Assembly (NCBI GenBank): GCA_903885605.1
Contig: CAISJD010000192.1
Span: forward strand, 1,063 to 65,062
From: an uncultured Chthonomonas sp.
GTDB taxonomy: Bacteria > Armatimonadota > Chthonomonadetes > Chthonomonadales > CAJBBX01
Reading direction: 5' to 3'
Length of the DNA stretch: 64,000 nt
Position numbers and translations under genes: made by a program
The notes under the pieces: generated by a model
Told to the model about the DNA's origin: nothing
The model's database searches: none
What the model saw: only the letters and a program-made list of their open reading frames with translations
Shown: one piece after another, positions 56,443-64,000 of the stretch
How positions within the stretch are numbered: position 1 is the first letter of the stretch
How the letters are laid out: the number at the start of each line of letters is the position of its first letter

Positions 56443-57849
56443 CTACTTCCGGGCCTCGCTCTGGAGCTTGGCGGCCTGGTTCGGGTCGCCGATGTGCATC
56501 GTGTCGTAGGCCTGCTGCGAGGTCTTGAAGGGGCCGACGCCGGCGTGGCCGTGCCAGTCGCCCTGGTGGTGCATGGGGTTGGGCAGGCCGGTCTCGGCCT
56601 CGCGCCGGGCGATCCAGGCGTCCATCTGCGCACGGAGGTAGGCGACGACCTCGGGCTGCGCCTCGGCCACGTTCTCGTTCTCCTCCGGGTCGGTGATCAG
56701 GTTGTAGAGCTCGACCTCGGGCTTGAAGTGGAAGTCCGGCTCCAGCGCCACCATGAGCTTCCACTCGGGCGTCCGCCAGCCGTGCTTCCGCATCCACGTG
56801 CACTCCGTGATGTAGAAGCTGCTGTCGTGGGACGCCTCCTCGCCGCGCACCATGTCCATGAGGCTCGTGCCGTCGAAGGCGCAGCCGGGGGCCTCGATCT
56901 CGGCCAGCTCCAGCAGCGTGGGGACGAGGTCCTTGTGCTGGTTGTAGCCTGAGAGGCGGACGCCCGCGGGCACCTTGGCCGGGTAGCGGATCACCAGCGG
57001 CACGTGCAGGGTGCAGTCGTACATGCCGTGGTGGTCGAACCAGCACTCGTGGTCGTAGAGCGTCTCGCCATGGTCGGAGTTGATGACCACGATGGTCTCG
57101 TCCAGGATGCCCATCGTCTCCATCGCGGTGAAGATGGCCTGGATGGAGGCGTCCATGTAGGCGACGGCGCCGTCGTACTGGGCGATGACGTAGTCCTTGT
57201 CCGCGATGCCCGGCGGCATCCATGCGGCGAAGAAGTCGCAGAAGGGCTTGAAGGTCATCACCGGGTCCATGGACTTGTTGGCCGGGTCGCACTCGTCGCC
57301 GTGGTAGAAGGCGCGCTCATAGGGCGCCGGCGGCAGGTAGGGCGCGTGCGGGTCCATGTGGCGCAGGAGCATCATGAAGGGCTTGTCGTCGGCGGCCAGG
57401 CGCTCCATCTCGGGGATCGCCACGGCGTTCAGGTTCTCGGCCTTGGGGCTGCGGCCTTCGTTCCAGCTACCCCAGCCGGCGAACTCCAGGTACTTGTCGA
57501 AGCCGCGCGAGGCCGGGTTGCCGCCGAAGCCGACGCAGGTGGTGTTGTATCCGGCCTCCTTGCAGATTTCGGCCAGGGTCTTCACTCCGTCGCGGATGCC
57601 GCCCTGGTGGCGCAGCGCAACGATCTGCGTGCCGAAGCAGTCCATGCCGGTGAGCATGGAGCCGTAGCCGCTGGTGGTGGGGATGTGCGCGCTGAAGGTG
57701 TTCTCGAAGACTGCGCCCTCTTCGGCGAAGACGTCCATATGCGGCGTGGTGAAGCGCGGATAGCCGTAGAGGCTCATGTGATCGGCCCGCAGCGAGTCGA
57801 TCCCGATGACGAGGATGTTGGGCTTGCGGCCCGAGCCTGATGAAGCCAT
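56443..57849 (-). CDS. sulfatase-fold (alkaline-phosphatase superfamily) hydrolase/transferase lacking the C/S-x-P-x-R motif
   Basis: MASSGSGRKPNILVIGIDSLRADH..., and the C-terminal part is typical of the sulfatase fold (NSDHGE). The formylglycine position reads IPTTSGYGSMLTG, with Thr where Cys/Ser is expected. Only the last 468 codons of the 1201-aa track ORF look like protein. Confidence 0.8.
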   Translation of the reverse strand: MASSGSGRKPNILVIGIDSLRADHMSLYGYPRFTTPHMDVFAEEGAVFENTFSAHIPTTSGYGSMLTGMDCFGTQIVALRHQGGIRDGVKTLAEICKEAGYNTTCVGFGGNPASRGFDKYLEFAGWGSWNEGRSPKAENLNAVAIPEMERLAADDKPFMMLLRHMDPHAPYLPPAPYERAFYHGDECDPANKSMDPVMTFKPFCDFFAAWMPPGIADKDYVIAQYDGAVAYMDASIQAIFTAMETMGILDETIVVINSDHGETLYDHECWFDHHGMYDCTLHVPLVIRYPAKVPAGVRLSGYNQHKDLVPTLLELAEIEAPGCAFDGTSLMDMVRGEEASHDSSFYITECTWMRKHGWRTPEWKLMVALEPDFHFKPEVELYNLITDPEENENVAEAQPEVVAYLRAQMDAWIARREAETGLPNPMHHQGDWHGHAGVGPFKTSQQAYDTMHIGDPNQAAKLQSEARK

Positions 57850-57957
57850 GCGGTAGTTCTCCCTATGGTGCGCCGAGCCGGCGGGCCCGGCCGCGTTGGT
57901 GGCGGATATGCGGCGGGCCAAAGTTCGCCACGGAGGCCCCGCATACCTCCCCGGTTG

Positions 57958-57997
57958 GTGAGGGGCTGAAGGGGTGAACGGGTGAGGGGGTGAGGGG
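57958..57997 (+). repeat. 5 x 8-bp tandem repeat GTGAGGGG (G-quadruplex-type G-run tract)
   Basis: GTGAGGGG CTGAAGGG GTGAACGG GTGAGGGG GTGAGGGG, read directly. Five G-runs of at least 3 are separated by 3-5 nt. The tract lies in a divergent intergenic region. Confidence 0.85.
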
Positions 57998-58008
57998 ATG
58001 CGCCGGGC

Positions 58009-58035
58009 GTCCGTGCCGGTCCGTGTTCGTCCGTG
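58009..58035 (+). repeat. 3 x GTCCGTG heptamers at 10-bp spacing
   Basis: GTCCGTG occurs at 58009, 58019 and 58029. This is the same heptamer and phasing as the 19916-20004 array. It ends 31 nt upstream of ATG 58066. Confidence 0.85.
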
Positions 58036-58065
58036 CCGGAGGTACGATACCGGCGGGAGGGCGCC

Positions 58066-59058
58066 ATGCGGGACGAGGCAGGCAGCGGCTCGGGCGGTGC
58101 GCGGCAGCCGAAGGCGCGGCCCATCGCCTGGCGCGCGGCCGAAGGGCTCCTTCAGCGCGCTGCGGCCGACGGCTGTGTTGCCGATGCCGACCTGCAGGCC
58201 GTCCTTGCGCTGCTCCTCCGGCCGAACGGCTGGCGCTACCGGGCCCGCGCGCGCCTCATCCAGCAGCTGACGCGCCTGCAGTTGAGCGCCGAGCAGCGGC
58301 GGACGGTGGCCGCGGCCGTGCTGCGGATTGCCGCCGAGGACGCCCATGCCGACCAGGCGGGGCGGTTCGCGCGGTGGGCGCTGCTCTCGGCGGCGGTGTC
58401 GCTGCTTCTGGTTCTCTACTTCGACTTCTCGTATGCCAACCGGCTGCTCGACTGGCTCTACGCGTTGGCCACCGGGCTGCTGGGCGCCGTGCCCATGGCC
58501 GTGATCGTGGCGCCCGTGGCCGAGCGGTCCGAGGCGGTTCGCCGTGCCGCCGTGCGTGCCGCGGCCATCGACGCCGTCGGCATGGTCCCCTCGCCCGAGG
58601 CCGCGCCGATGGTGGCGGCCGCCTGCCGGCAACGGGGCATCACCGGCCGCGTCGCCCGCAGGTCGCTCCCGACGGTCCTGGCGACGCTCCGCACCGAGCA
58701 CTATCGGCCCGGCGAAGGCCGCCTGACGCCCGACCTCTGCCGCCTCCTGCCGGGCGCCGACGCCGGCCTGCAGCGCGACATCCTGCGCGCGCTGGAACGG
58801 GTCGGCGACGGACGCGGGGTCGAGGCCGTGGAGGCCTTCGTGGCGCGCACCCACTCCGACCCTCTGGCCGCCCGCGCCCGCGAGGTGGCGGCCCTCCTCC
58901 GCCAGAGGCGCGCACACGAGCGCCAGTCCACCACGCTCCTCCGCCCGACCGAAGCCCCCAACGACCCCGCCGCGATCCTGCTCCGCCCCGCGCCGTCGGG
59001 AGGCGCGAACGCCGAGGCCGAGCTGCTGGTCCGTCCCAGCGCCGCGCCGGAGGAGTGA
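58066..59058 (+). CDS. hypothetical membrane protein with HEAT-like repeats
   Basis: GGGAGG 5 nt before ATG 58066. Two TM helices (WALLSAAVSLLLVLYFDF; LATGLLGAVPMAVIVAPV). The C-terminal ILRALERVGDGRGVEAVEAFVARTHSDPLAARAREVAALL is HEAT/PBS-lyase-like. Confidence 0.45.
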   Translation: MRDEAGSGSGGARQPKARPIAWRAAEGLLQRAAADGCVADADLQAVLALLLRPNGWRYRARARLIQQLTRLQLSAEQRRTVAAAVLRIAAEDAHADQAGRFARWALLSAAVSLLLVLYFDFSYANRLLDWLYALATGLLGAVPMAVIVAPVAERSEAVRRAAVRAAAIDAVGMVPSPEAAPMVAAACRQRGITGRVARRSLPTVLATLRTEHYRPGEGRLTPDLCRLLPGADAGLQRDILRALERVGDGRGVEAVEAFVARTHSDPLAARAREVAALLRQRRAHERQSTTLLRPTEAPNDPAAILLRPAPSGGANAEAELLVRPSAAPEE

Positions 59059-59163
59059 GGAGGTGAGGTCTCCCGTGTTAGCCAAGGTATCCCCCGCGCA
59101 CGCAGGACTCATTGGCCCCTGCGCCGAACCTCCGTTGGCCCGCCGCGGGCACAGGAGGTCGCC

Positions 59164-60447
59164 TTGAACGTCTCTGCCCGTTCCATCCTCGCGTTTGCCG
59201 CCCTGGCCGCACTGCCTGTCGGCTGCCGCGCCGCCGACGACATCGTCGTCTGGCAGCGGTCGGCCTCGGAGACGGTGCTGTACGATGCGCGGCCGGAGCT
59301 GGGCATCGGAATGCACGCCTTCACGCCGCAGCAGGTCGCCTTGCTGAAGCCGCTGGGCATCCGCTTCGTGCGGCTCACGCTCTACTGGAACCAGATGGAG
59401 CCCGCCGCCGAGGGGCAGTACGCGCCGGACTATTTGAAGGCGTGGGACGGCCACGTGCGCCTCGCCGGTGAGCAGGGCGTCGAGCTGGTGGCCGTGGTCC
59501 ACGCGCCGCCGCCCGGCCTCGACTGGGCGCACAAGGAGCAGGCCTACGAGCGCTTCGCCCGTTTCATGGCGGCCATGGCCAAGCGTTACCCGTCGGTGCG
59601 CTACTGGGAGCTCTTCAATGAGATGGACGGCGCCTTCACGGACCTCTTCGGCGCCAACGAGAAGGGTCTCGGGATGCTGGAGCGCGGCAAGCTCTACGCC
59701 CGCATGCTGAAGCTGGCATACCCGGCCATTCGGACGGCCAACCCCAGCGCGTGGGTGCTCACCGGAGGCATGACCGACTTCCAGGAGTTCCCGCGCGGCA
59801 TCTACGAAGGCGGCGGCAAGGAGTACTTCGACATCCTCGCCATCCACACCTACGGCGTTCCCGTGACCTGGTCGTTCATTGACCGCGGTAAGACCGTCCG
59901 CGAGATCATGCGATCCTACGGCGACGGCGATAAGCCGCTCTGGAACACGGAGTTCGGGATCGACGGAGGCAACGTCATCGCCGCATGGGGCTACCCGCAC
60001 GCCGAGAAGCCGCCACGCGACGACGCCCAGGTGCTGGACCAGACGCAACTCGACCAGTGGCGCGAGTGCATCGAGTGGAACGCAAGGAACCGGCTCTACC
60101 AGAAGATCCTGCCCTACCAGCTCGCCGCAGGCAACGAACGCGACGACGCGGAGGGCAAGATCAAGGAGCGCATCAAGCTGCCCGCCGGCCGAACGATCGA
60201 TGACTACGGCTTCGGCATCCTGCGGGCCGACGGCAAAGCGCCGCGCCCCACCTACGACTGGATTGCCCGTACGCAGCCAAACGCCGCTATCCGGGCCAGG
60301 CCGAAGCTGAAGTCCGACGTCACGTTCAATCCCATCTTCGGGGCGCTACCGGCCGGCGCGGCCCCGGTCCAGTGGCACAGCCAGGCGACCATCAAAGGCG
60401 CCGAGGTGGACAGCCGCGCTCCCACCCGGCTGGCTCCGGCGCGGTAG
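59164..60447 (+). CDS. lipoprotein, clan GH-A TIM-barrel glycoside hydrolase (GH5/GH39-like)
   Basis: TTG 59164 lies 5 nt after AGGAGG. Lipobox AALPVGC. IRFVRLTLYWNQMEP, YWELFNEMD (acid/base NE) and PLWNTEFGID (nucleophile) are present. Confidence 0.6.
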   Translation: MNVSARSILAFAALAALPVGCRAADDIVVWQRSASETVLYDARPELGIGMHAFTPQQVALLKPLGIRFVRLTLYWNQMEPAAEGQYAPDYLKAWDGHVRLAGEQGVELVAVVHAPPPGLDWAHKEQAYERFARFMAAMAKRYPSVRYWELFNEMDGAFTDLFGANEKGLGMLERGKLYARMLKLAYPAIRTANPSAWVLTGGMTDFQEFPRGIYEGGGKEYFDILAIHTYGVPVTWSFIDRGKTVREIMRSYGDGDKPLWNTEFGIDGGNVIAAWGYPHAEKPPRDDAQVLDQTQLDQWRECIEWNARNRLYQKILPYQLAAGNERDDAEGKIKERIKLPAGRTIDDYGFGILRADGKAPRPTYDWIARTQPNAAIRARPKLKSDVTFNPIFGALPAGAAPVQWHSQATIKGAEVDSRAPTRLAPAR

Positions 60448-60507
60448 GACGGGCGCGCAAATCCGGCGTGATGCTAAGGAAATCCGCGAGGAGGCCGCCC
60501 AAACCAC

Positions 60508-60536
60508 TGGACAAGACGCGCTTTCGCGGCTAGACT
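60508..60536 (+). promoter_or_regulatory. candidate sigma-70 promoter upstream of the DUF1559 gene
   Basis: TGGACA (60508-60513), a 17-bp spacer, then TAGACT (60531-60536), followed by ATAGAAT. This would give a ~155-nt leader. Confidence 0.3.
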
Positions 60537-60697
60537 ATAGAATGACGTATCAGCAGGCGTCAGCGCCGACGCCTCTGCACTGGGGCAGCGGTGACAGCTA
60601 CGAGCCTTGCGCTCGATGATGTCGCATCGCTACCGCTCTTCGCCCCGTGGCGCACAAGGGTCCAAGCGACCCATTACACTCCAGAGGAGAGTACTCA

Positions 60698-61486
60698 ATG
60701 TCCCACAAGAGGTCGGGTTTCACCCTGATCGAACTGCTGGTCGTGATCGCCATCATCGCGATCCTGGCCGCGATCCTCTTCCCTGTCTTCGCGCAGGCTC
60801 GCGAGAAGGCCCGCTCGGTCGTCTGCCTCTCCAACACGAAGCAGATCGGTACCGCAGTCCAGATGTACGCCCAGGACTACGAAGAGACCATTGTTCCGTG
60901 GATCACCTGCGGCGCCAGCCTCGGCTGCGGCACGCCGACCCAGGCCGAGCGCCTCTGGACCGGCAAGCTCCAGCCGTACATCAAGAACGGCGGCCAGCCC
61001 GGCCCCACCGGCATGTTCAAGGACCCCGGCTACTCCGACGCCAAGCTCTTTGAGGCGGCCGACAGCGTTGAGTGCGACGGCCCCGGCGGCCTGGCCCCCT
61101 ACTTCCCGGCCACAGCCCGCTATGCCGACTACGGCTTCGCCTGGCATCAGGCCGCCATGGTCGGTTCCGGCACCCAGGTTGACCCCTACTGGCAGTATCC
61201 CGGTTCCTACTCCTACCCGGCCGCCTACGGTCCCGTGACCCGCGCCCTGCCTGAGATCAAGCGCCCGGCCGAGACCGCCATCGTTACCGACGGTATCACC
61301 AACGTCGGCGGCGGCTACTTCATCATCACCTTCGGCTGCGAGGCCGCGGCGATGCACACCGGCGGCGGCAACCACACCTTTGTGGACGGCCACTCCAAGT
61401 GGCTTGCCCGCAACTCCGAGCGCTACCTGGCCCAGACCGCCAGCGGCGCCTGGTTCAAGCGGTACTTCACGTTCCCGCTGGAGTAG
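60698..61486 (+). CDS. prepilin-type N-terminal cleavage/methylation domain protein, DUF1559 (H-X9-DG type pseudopilin-like)
   Basis: GAGGAGAG before ATG 60698. MSHKRSG|[57 protein letters not shown]-terminal FVDGH motif. Confidence 0.8.
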   Translation: MSHKRSGFTLIELLVVIAIIAILAAILFPVFAQAREKARSVVCLSNTKQIGTAVQMYAQDYEETIVPWITCGASLGCGTPTQAERLWTGKLQPYIKNGGQPGPTGMFKDPGYSDAKLFEAADSVECDGPGGLAPYFPATARYADYGFAWHQAAMVGSGTQVDPYWQYPGSYSYPAAYGPVTRALPEIKRPAETAIVTDGITNVGGGYFIITFGCEAAAMHTGGGNHTFVDGHSKWLARNSERYLAQTASGAWFKRYFTFPLE

Positions 61487-61495
61487 GCATCTCTC

Positions 61496-61717
61496 ATGCC
61501 ATCGGACATCCGGCGGAAGCTCAGTCTGAGGGTGGCGTTGCCGCTCTGTCTCCTGGCCTGCTGCCTGGCCGGTCTGGCCGGCTGCGGCAAGGAGAAGCCC
61601 GAGCCGACGGTGCCCGGCTACTACGAGGGACCGATCAAGTCGAAGAACGAGGTGGCTCCAGGGCCGGGCGGCGCCGAGGCGAAGCCGGGCGCGAAGGGCG
61701 CATCAGTAGGCGAGTAG
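61496..61717 (+). CDS. small lipoprotein (73 aa) with GYYEGPIKSKN motif
   Basis: Lipobox LAGLAGC (Cys30). P/G/K-rich tail. Starts 9 nt after the DUF1559 stop. Confidence 0.5.
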   Translation: MPSDIRRKLSLRVALPLCLLACCLAGLAGCGKEKPEPTVPGYYEGPIKSKNEVAPGPGGAEAKPGAKGASVGE

Positions 61718-61798
61718 GTTGAGTGCCGGTTCGCCGCGCATCGTACGCACAAGGATGTGCCAGGGGTGCGCGGCGGGTCGGATACGGAACGGGATGCC

Positions 61799-62065
61799 AT
61801 GCGATTGCAGCGTAACCACTTCATCTTGTTGGGCGCACTGATCGTCCTCGCCGTGGTTTTAGCGATAACCATGCGTCCGGGCAAGAAGGTGCAAGCCACT
61901 CCGTCCCAGTCGGGTTACTATTCGGGGCCCATGCGCAACAAGAACAACCCATCAATGTACACCACCGAAGATGGCAAGGTGGTCCCCCCGCCTTCCGGCG
62001 CCTCCACGTCGTCGGAGTGGTCCGAGTCGACCGTGACCAAGTCAGGGGCGATCAAGACCAACTAG
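61799..62065 (+). CDS. small N-terminally anchored protein (88 aa) with GYYSGPMRNKN motif
   Basis: MRLQRNHFILLGALIVLAVVLAIT TM anchor. Shares the GYYxGPxxxKN motif with the preceding lipoprotein. The start is uncertain (ORF open from GTG 61757). Visibly lower GC than its surroundings. Confidence 0.4.
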   Translation: MRLQRNHFILLGALIVLAVVLAITMRPGKKVQATPSQSGYYSGPMRNKNNPSMYTTEDGKVVPPPSGASTSSEWSESTVTKSGAIKTN

Positions 62066-62093
62066 CCTCCGCCACTCCGGTTCAGTTGCAGCA

Positions 62094-62132
62094 AAGGCGC
62101 CCTCCGTTCAACCCGGCGGGCGCCTTCGTTTT
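62094..62132 (+). terminator. rho-independent terminator between convergent genes
   Basis: AAGGCGCCC (62094-62102) pairs with GGGCGCCTT (62118-62126), followed by CGTTTTG. On the other strand an A-run precedes the stem, so it could act for both the small-protein operon and the helicase. Confidence 0.6.
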
Positions 62133-62146
62133 GCCTGCTCCTTACG

Positions 62147-63544
62147 CTACCGTGCGCCGCGCATGGCCGCTCGGGACTGGTCAATGTCCGGCGGCCGGAC
62201 GCCCTCGGGTCGGCTCCTCCGCGGCGGCCTGGGCTGGGCGACCTCGGCGACCGGCTCGGCGCCGCCGACGCGGATCGCCGCGAACCGCTCCTGGAGAGCC
62301 ACGCGCTCAGGACCGCGGCGGCGGGCGGGCTTGTTGGCGGCGTATGCGGGACGCGGAGCCTGTTCGCGCGGCGCACCCCAGTTCTCGAGGCTACCGGAGG
62401 GCGTATGCTCCTCCATGCCGTCCACGCGTACGCGTGGCAGCCGCTTGTTCACCAGCTTCTCAATCTGCTGCAGGAAGGGGATCTCCTCGCCGCAGACCAG
62501 CGAGATGGCCGCGCCTTGCGTCCCGGCCCGGCCTGTGCGGCCGATGCGGTGGACATAGTCCTCGGCGACGTTGGGCAGGTCGAAGTTTATGACATGCGGC
62601 AACTGGTCGATGTCCAGCCCACGCGCCGCGATGTCGGTGGCCACCAGCACACGCGCCCTGCCCGCCTTGAAGTCGCTCAGGGAGCGGATGCGCTGGTTCT
62701 GGCTGAGGCTACCGTGGATCGGCACGGCATTGATGCCGGAGTGGTCCAGGTGCTTGGCCAGCTTGTCGGCGCCGTGGCGAGTGCGAACGAAGACCAGGGC
62801 GCCCGCCCCGACCTCGTTGCCCAGCAGGTGGACCAGCAGGGCCTTCTTGCCCTCCTTGGTCGCCGGGTAGACGCACTGCTCGACGAGGTCGCTCTCCACG
62901 GTCTCCCGAGGGGCTTCCACGGTGGCCGGGTCGCGCAGCAAGCCGGATGCCAGGCCCCGCACCTCGTCGGTGTAGGTCGCGGAGAAGAGGAGGCTCTGGC
63001 GCTGGGTCGGCAGGAGCTTGAGGACGCGGCGGATGTCGGGCAGGAAGCCCATGTCGAGCATCCGGTCCGCCTCGTCGAGCACCACAGTCTCCACGGCGCT
63101 CAGGTCGACGGAGCGGCGCTCGGAGTGGTCTAGCAGGCGGCCCGGGGTGGCCACCAGGATGTCGACGCCGCGAGCCAGGGCGTCCAGCTGGCTCCGCATT
63201 CCCACGCCGCCGTAAACGACGGCGGAGCGCACGGGCAGGAAGCGGCCGTACTCGCGGATGCTCTCTTCCACCTGCGCGGCCAGCTCACGGGTGGGGGTCA
63301 CGATGAGGGCGCGAATCATGCGGCGTCCGCGGCCGGTGGGAGGTCCGCCGGCGGTGAGCCGCTGCAGGATGGGGAGCACGAAGCCCGCGGTCTTGCCGGT
63401 GCCGGTCTGTGCGCCGGCCATCACGTCGCGGCCCTGAAGCACCAGCGGGATGGCCTGAGACTGGATGGGGGTGGGCTCGGTGTAACCGGCCTTGGCGACG
63501 GCGCGAAGCAGCTCGGGCCTGAGGCCGAGTTCATCAAACGACAT
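62147..63544 (-). CDS. rhlE: DEAD-box ATP-dependent RNA helicase (RhlE-like)
   Basis: MSFDELGL..., Q motif TPIQ, AQTGTGKT, VLDEADRMLDMGF, SAT and HRIGRTGRAG. Basic C-terminal tail. ATG at 63544, and upstream ORF codons are not helicase-like. Confidence 0.88.
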   Translation of the reverse strand: MSFDELGLRPELLRAVAKAGYTEPTPIQSQAIPLVLQGRDVMAGAQTGTGKTAGFVLPILQRLTAGGPPTGRGRRMIRALIVTPTRELAAQVEESIREYGRFLPVRSAVVYGGVGMRSQLDALARGVDILVATPGRLLDHSERRSVDLSAVETVVLDEADRMLDMGFLPDIRRVLKLLPTQRQSLLFSATYTDEVRGLASGLLRDPATVEAPRETVESDLVEQCVYPATKEGKKALLVHLLGNEVGAGALVFVRTRHGADKLAKHLDHSGINAVPIHGSLSQNQRIRSLSDFKAGRARVLVATDIAARGLDIDQLPHVINFDLPNVAEDYVHRIGRTGRAGTQGAAISLVCGEEIPFLQQIEKLVNKRLPRVRVDGMEEHTPSGSLENWGAPREQAPRPAYAANKPARRRGPERVALQERFAAIRVGGAEPVAEVAQPRPPRRSRPEGVRPPDIDQSRAAMRGAR

Positions 63545-63756
63545 GTTGGGAGAAGTCTCCTGAAGCTGTCCAAGCCCCGCGCAGAGGCGCAGGTCCGGCT
63601 TCGGACGCTTCGAGTTGGGTGCAAAGGTCGGGGCTGTCCAATGGGACGCCTCGAGCGAGCTGAGGGCGCAAACCGGGGTGCGACACGAAGCAGCGATGCA
63701 CGGGGGAGGTACGTCACGTCCATTATGGCACATCTGGTCGGGTATTGCGCGCAGCG

Positions 63757-64000
63757 CTACAGGCCGTGCTCCGTCCGGGCGATGATGGCCTCCTGCAGGT
63801 CGCGCTCCAGCGCCACGAACCGCGCCGAGAAGCCTCCCACCCGGACGATGAGCCCGGCATGGGCCTGCGGGTCGGCCTGTGCGGCGCGGAGGGCGGCGGC
63901 ATCCACAACGTTCACCTGCAGCTGCTGGCCGCCGAGGCCGAAGTAGCCTGCGAAGAGGGCCGTAGCGCGGTCGATGGAGCCCGGGTCGTCGGGCCGCAGC
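63757..64000 (-). CDS. glycyl-radical enzyme (pyruvate formate-lyase family), C-terminal 80 codons only
   Basis: My own translation of the minus strand gives ...FAGYFGLGGQQLQVNVVDAAALRAAQADPQAHAGLIVRVGGFSARFVALERDLQEAIIARTEHGL*. It contains the glycyl-radical signature RVxG[FY]SA.F..L....Q.EII.RT. Stop TAG at 63757-63759. Not in the supplied ORF track because there is no in-window start. Confidence 0.6.
   Translation of the reverse strand, partial: LRPDDPGSIDRATALFAGYFGLGGQQLQVNVVDAAALRAAQADPQAHAGLIVRVGGFSARFVALERDLQEAIIARTEHGL

Noticed and set aside
56129-57292. N-terminal 388 codons of the 2384-aa track ORF (50138..57292, minus)
   Set aside because: This part is Arg/Pro/His/Gly-rich low-complexity sequence. 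It overlaps the well-supported sulfatase-fold gene in another frame. A proper SD + ATG + signal peptide occurs at 56128.
57850-60048. Upstream 733 codons of the 1201-aa track ORF (56443..60048, minus)
   Set aside because: This is R/G/P/A-rich antisense sequence running opposite two well-supported plus-strand genes (58066-59058, 59164-60447). Only the last 468 codons resemble a real (sulfatase-fold) protein with an SD-preceded ATG.

Overview
The window is GC-rich bacterial chromosomal DNA. G/C-rich third codon positions produce many long spurious antisense ORFs. It is densely coding, and I support about 48 protein genes and one tRNA.

Housekeeping genes:
- rtcB (3' part), ruvA, glnS followed by tRNA-Gln(CUG), nhaA, and a DEAD-box helicase.
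- The C-terminus of a glycyl-radical enzyme lies at the right edge.

These are interleaved with a large glycan-degradation repertoire:
- GH29 fucosidase with a discoidin domain, GH43, GH30, two clan GH-A TIM-barrel enzymes, and a GH127-like enzyme.
- A DUF4091/GH123-like protein, a tandem beta-helix GH55-like protein, and an NPCBM-domain protein.
- Sialate O-acetylesterase, an arylsulfatase, a sulfatase-fold protein lacking the CxPxR motif, and an AGE-family epimerase.
- Two Gfo/Idh/MocA oxidoreductases (one Tat-exported), an FGGY kinase and a type I mannose-6-phosphate isomerase.

Two prepilin-like DUF1559 (F-x-DGH) genes and the gene content suggest an Armatimonadota or PVC-like polysaccharide degrader. 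I cannot confirm this without a database search.

No transposase, integrase, CRISPR array or rRNA was seen.

Most unusual items:
1. A 1996-aa secreted protein built from six glycine-rich modules spaced exactly 263 aa (789 bp) apart, followed by a CARDB domain and three Ig-like domains.
2. An SBBP beta-propeller protein with the same Ig-like tail, divergent from an ECF sigma factor fused to a ~460-aa HEAT-like extension.
3. Intergenic arrays of the heptamer GTCCGTG at strict 10-bp spacing. One is a 4+4 inverted array between convergent genes. The other sits beside a 5 x 8-bp GTGAGGGG G-quadruplex-type tract.
4. A three-gene accessory cassette ending in a HEPN-like protein.
5. Pseudopilin-like genes followed by tiny anchored proteins that share a GYYxGPxxxKN motif.

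All functional calls rest on motif recognition by eye. No HMM or BLAST search was possible.
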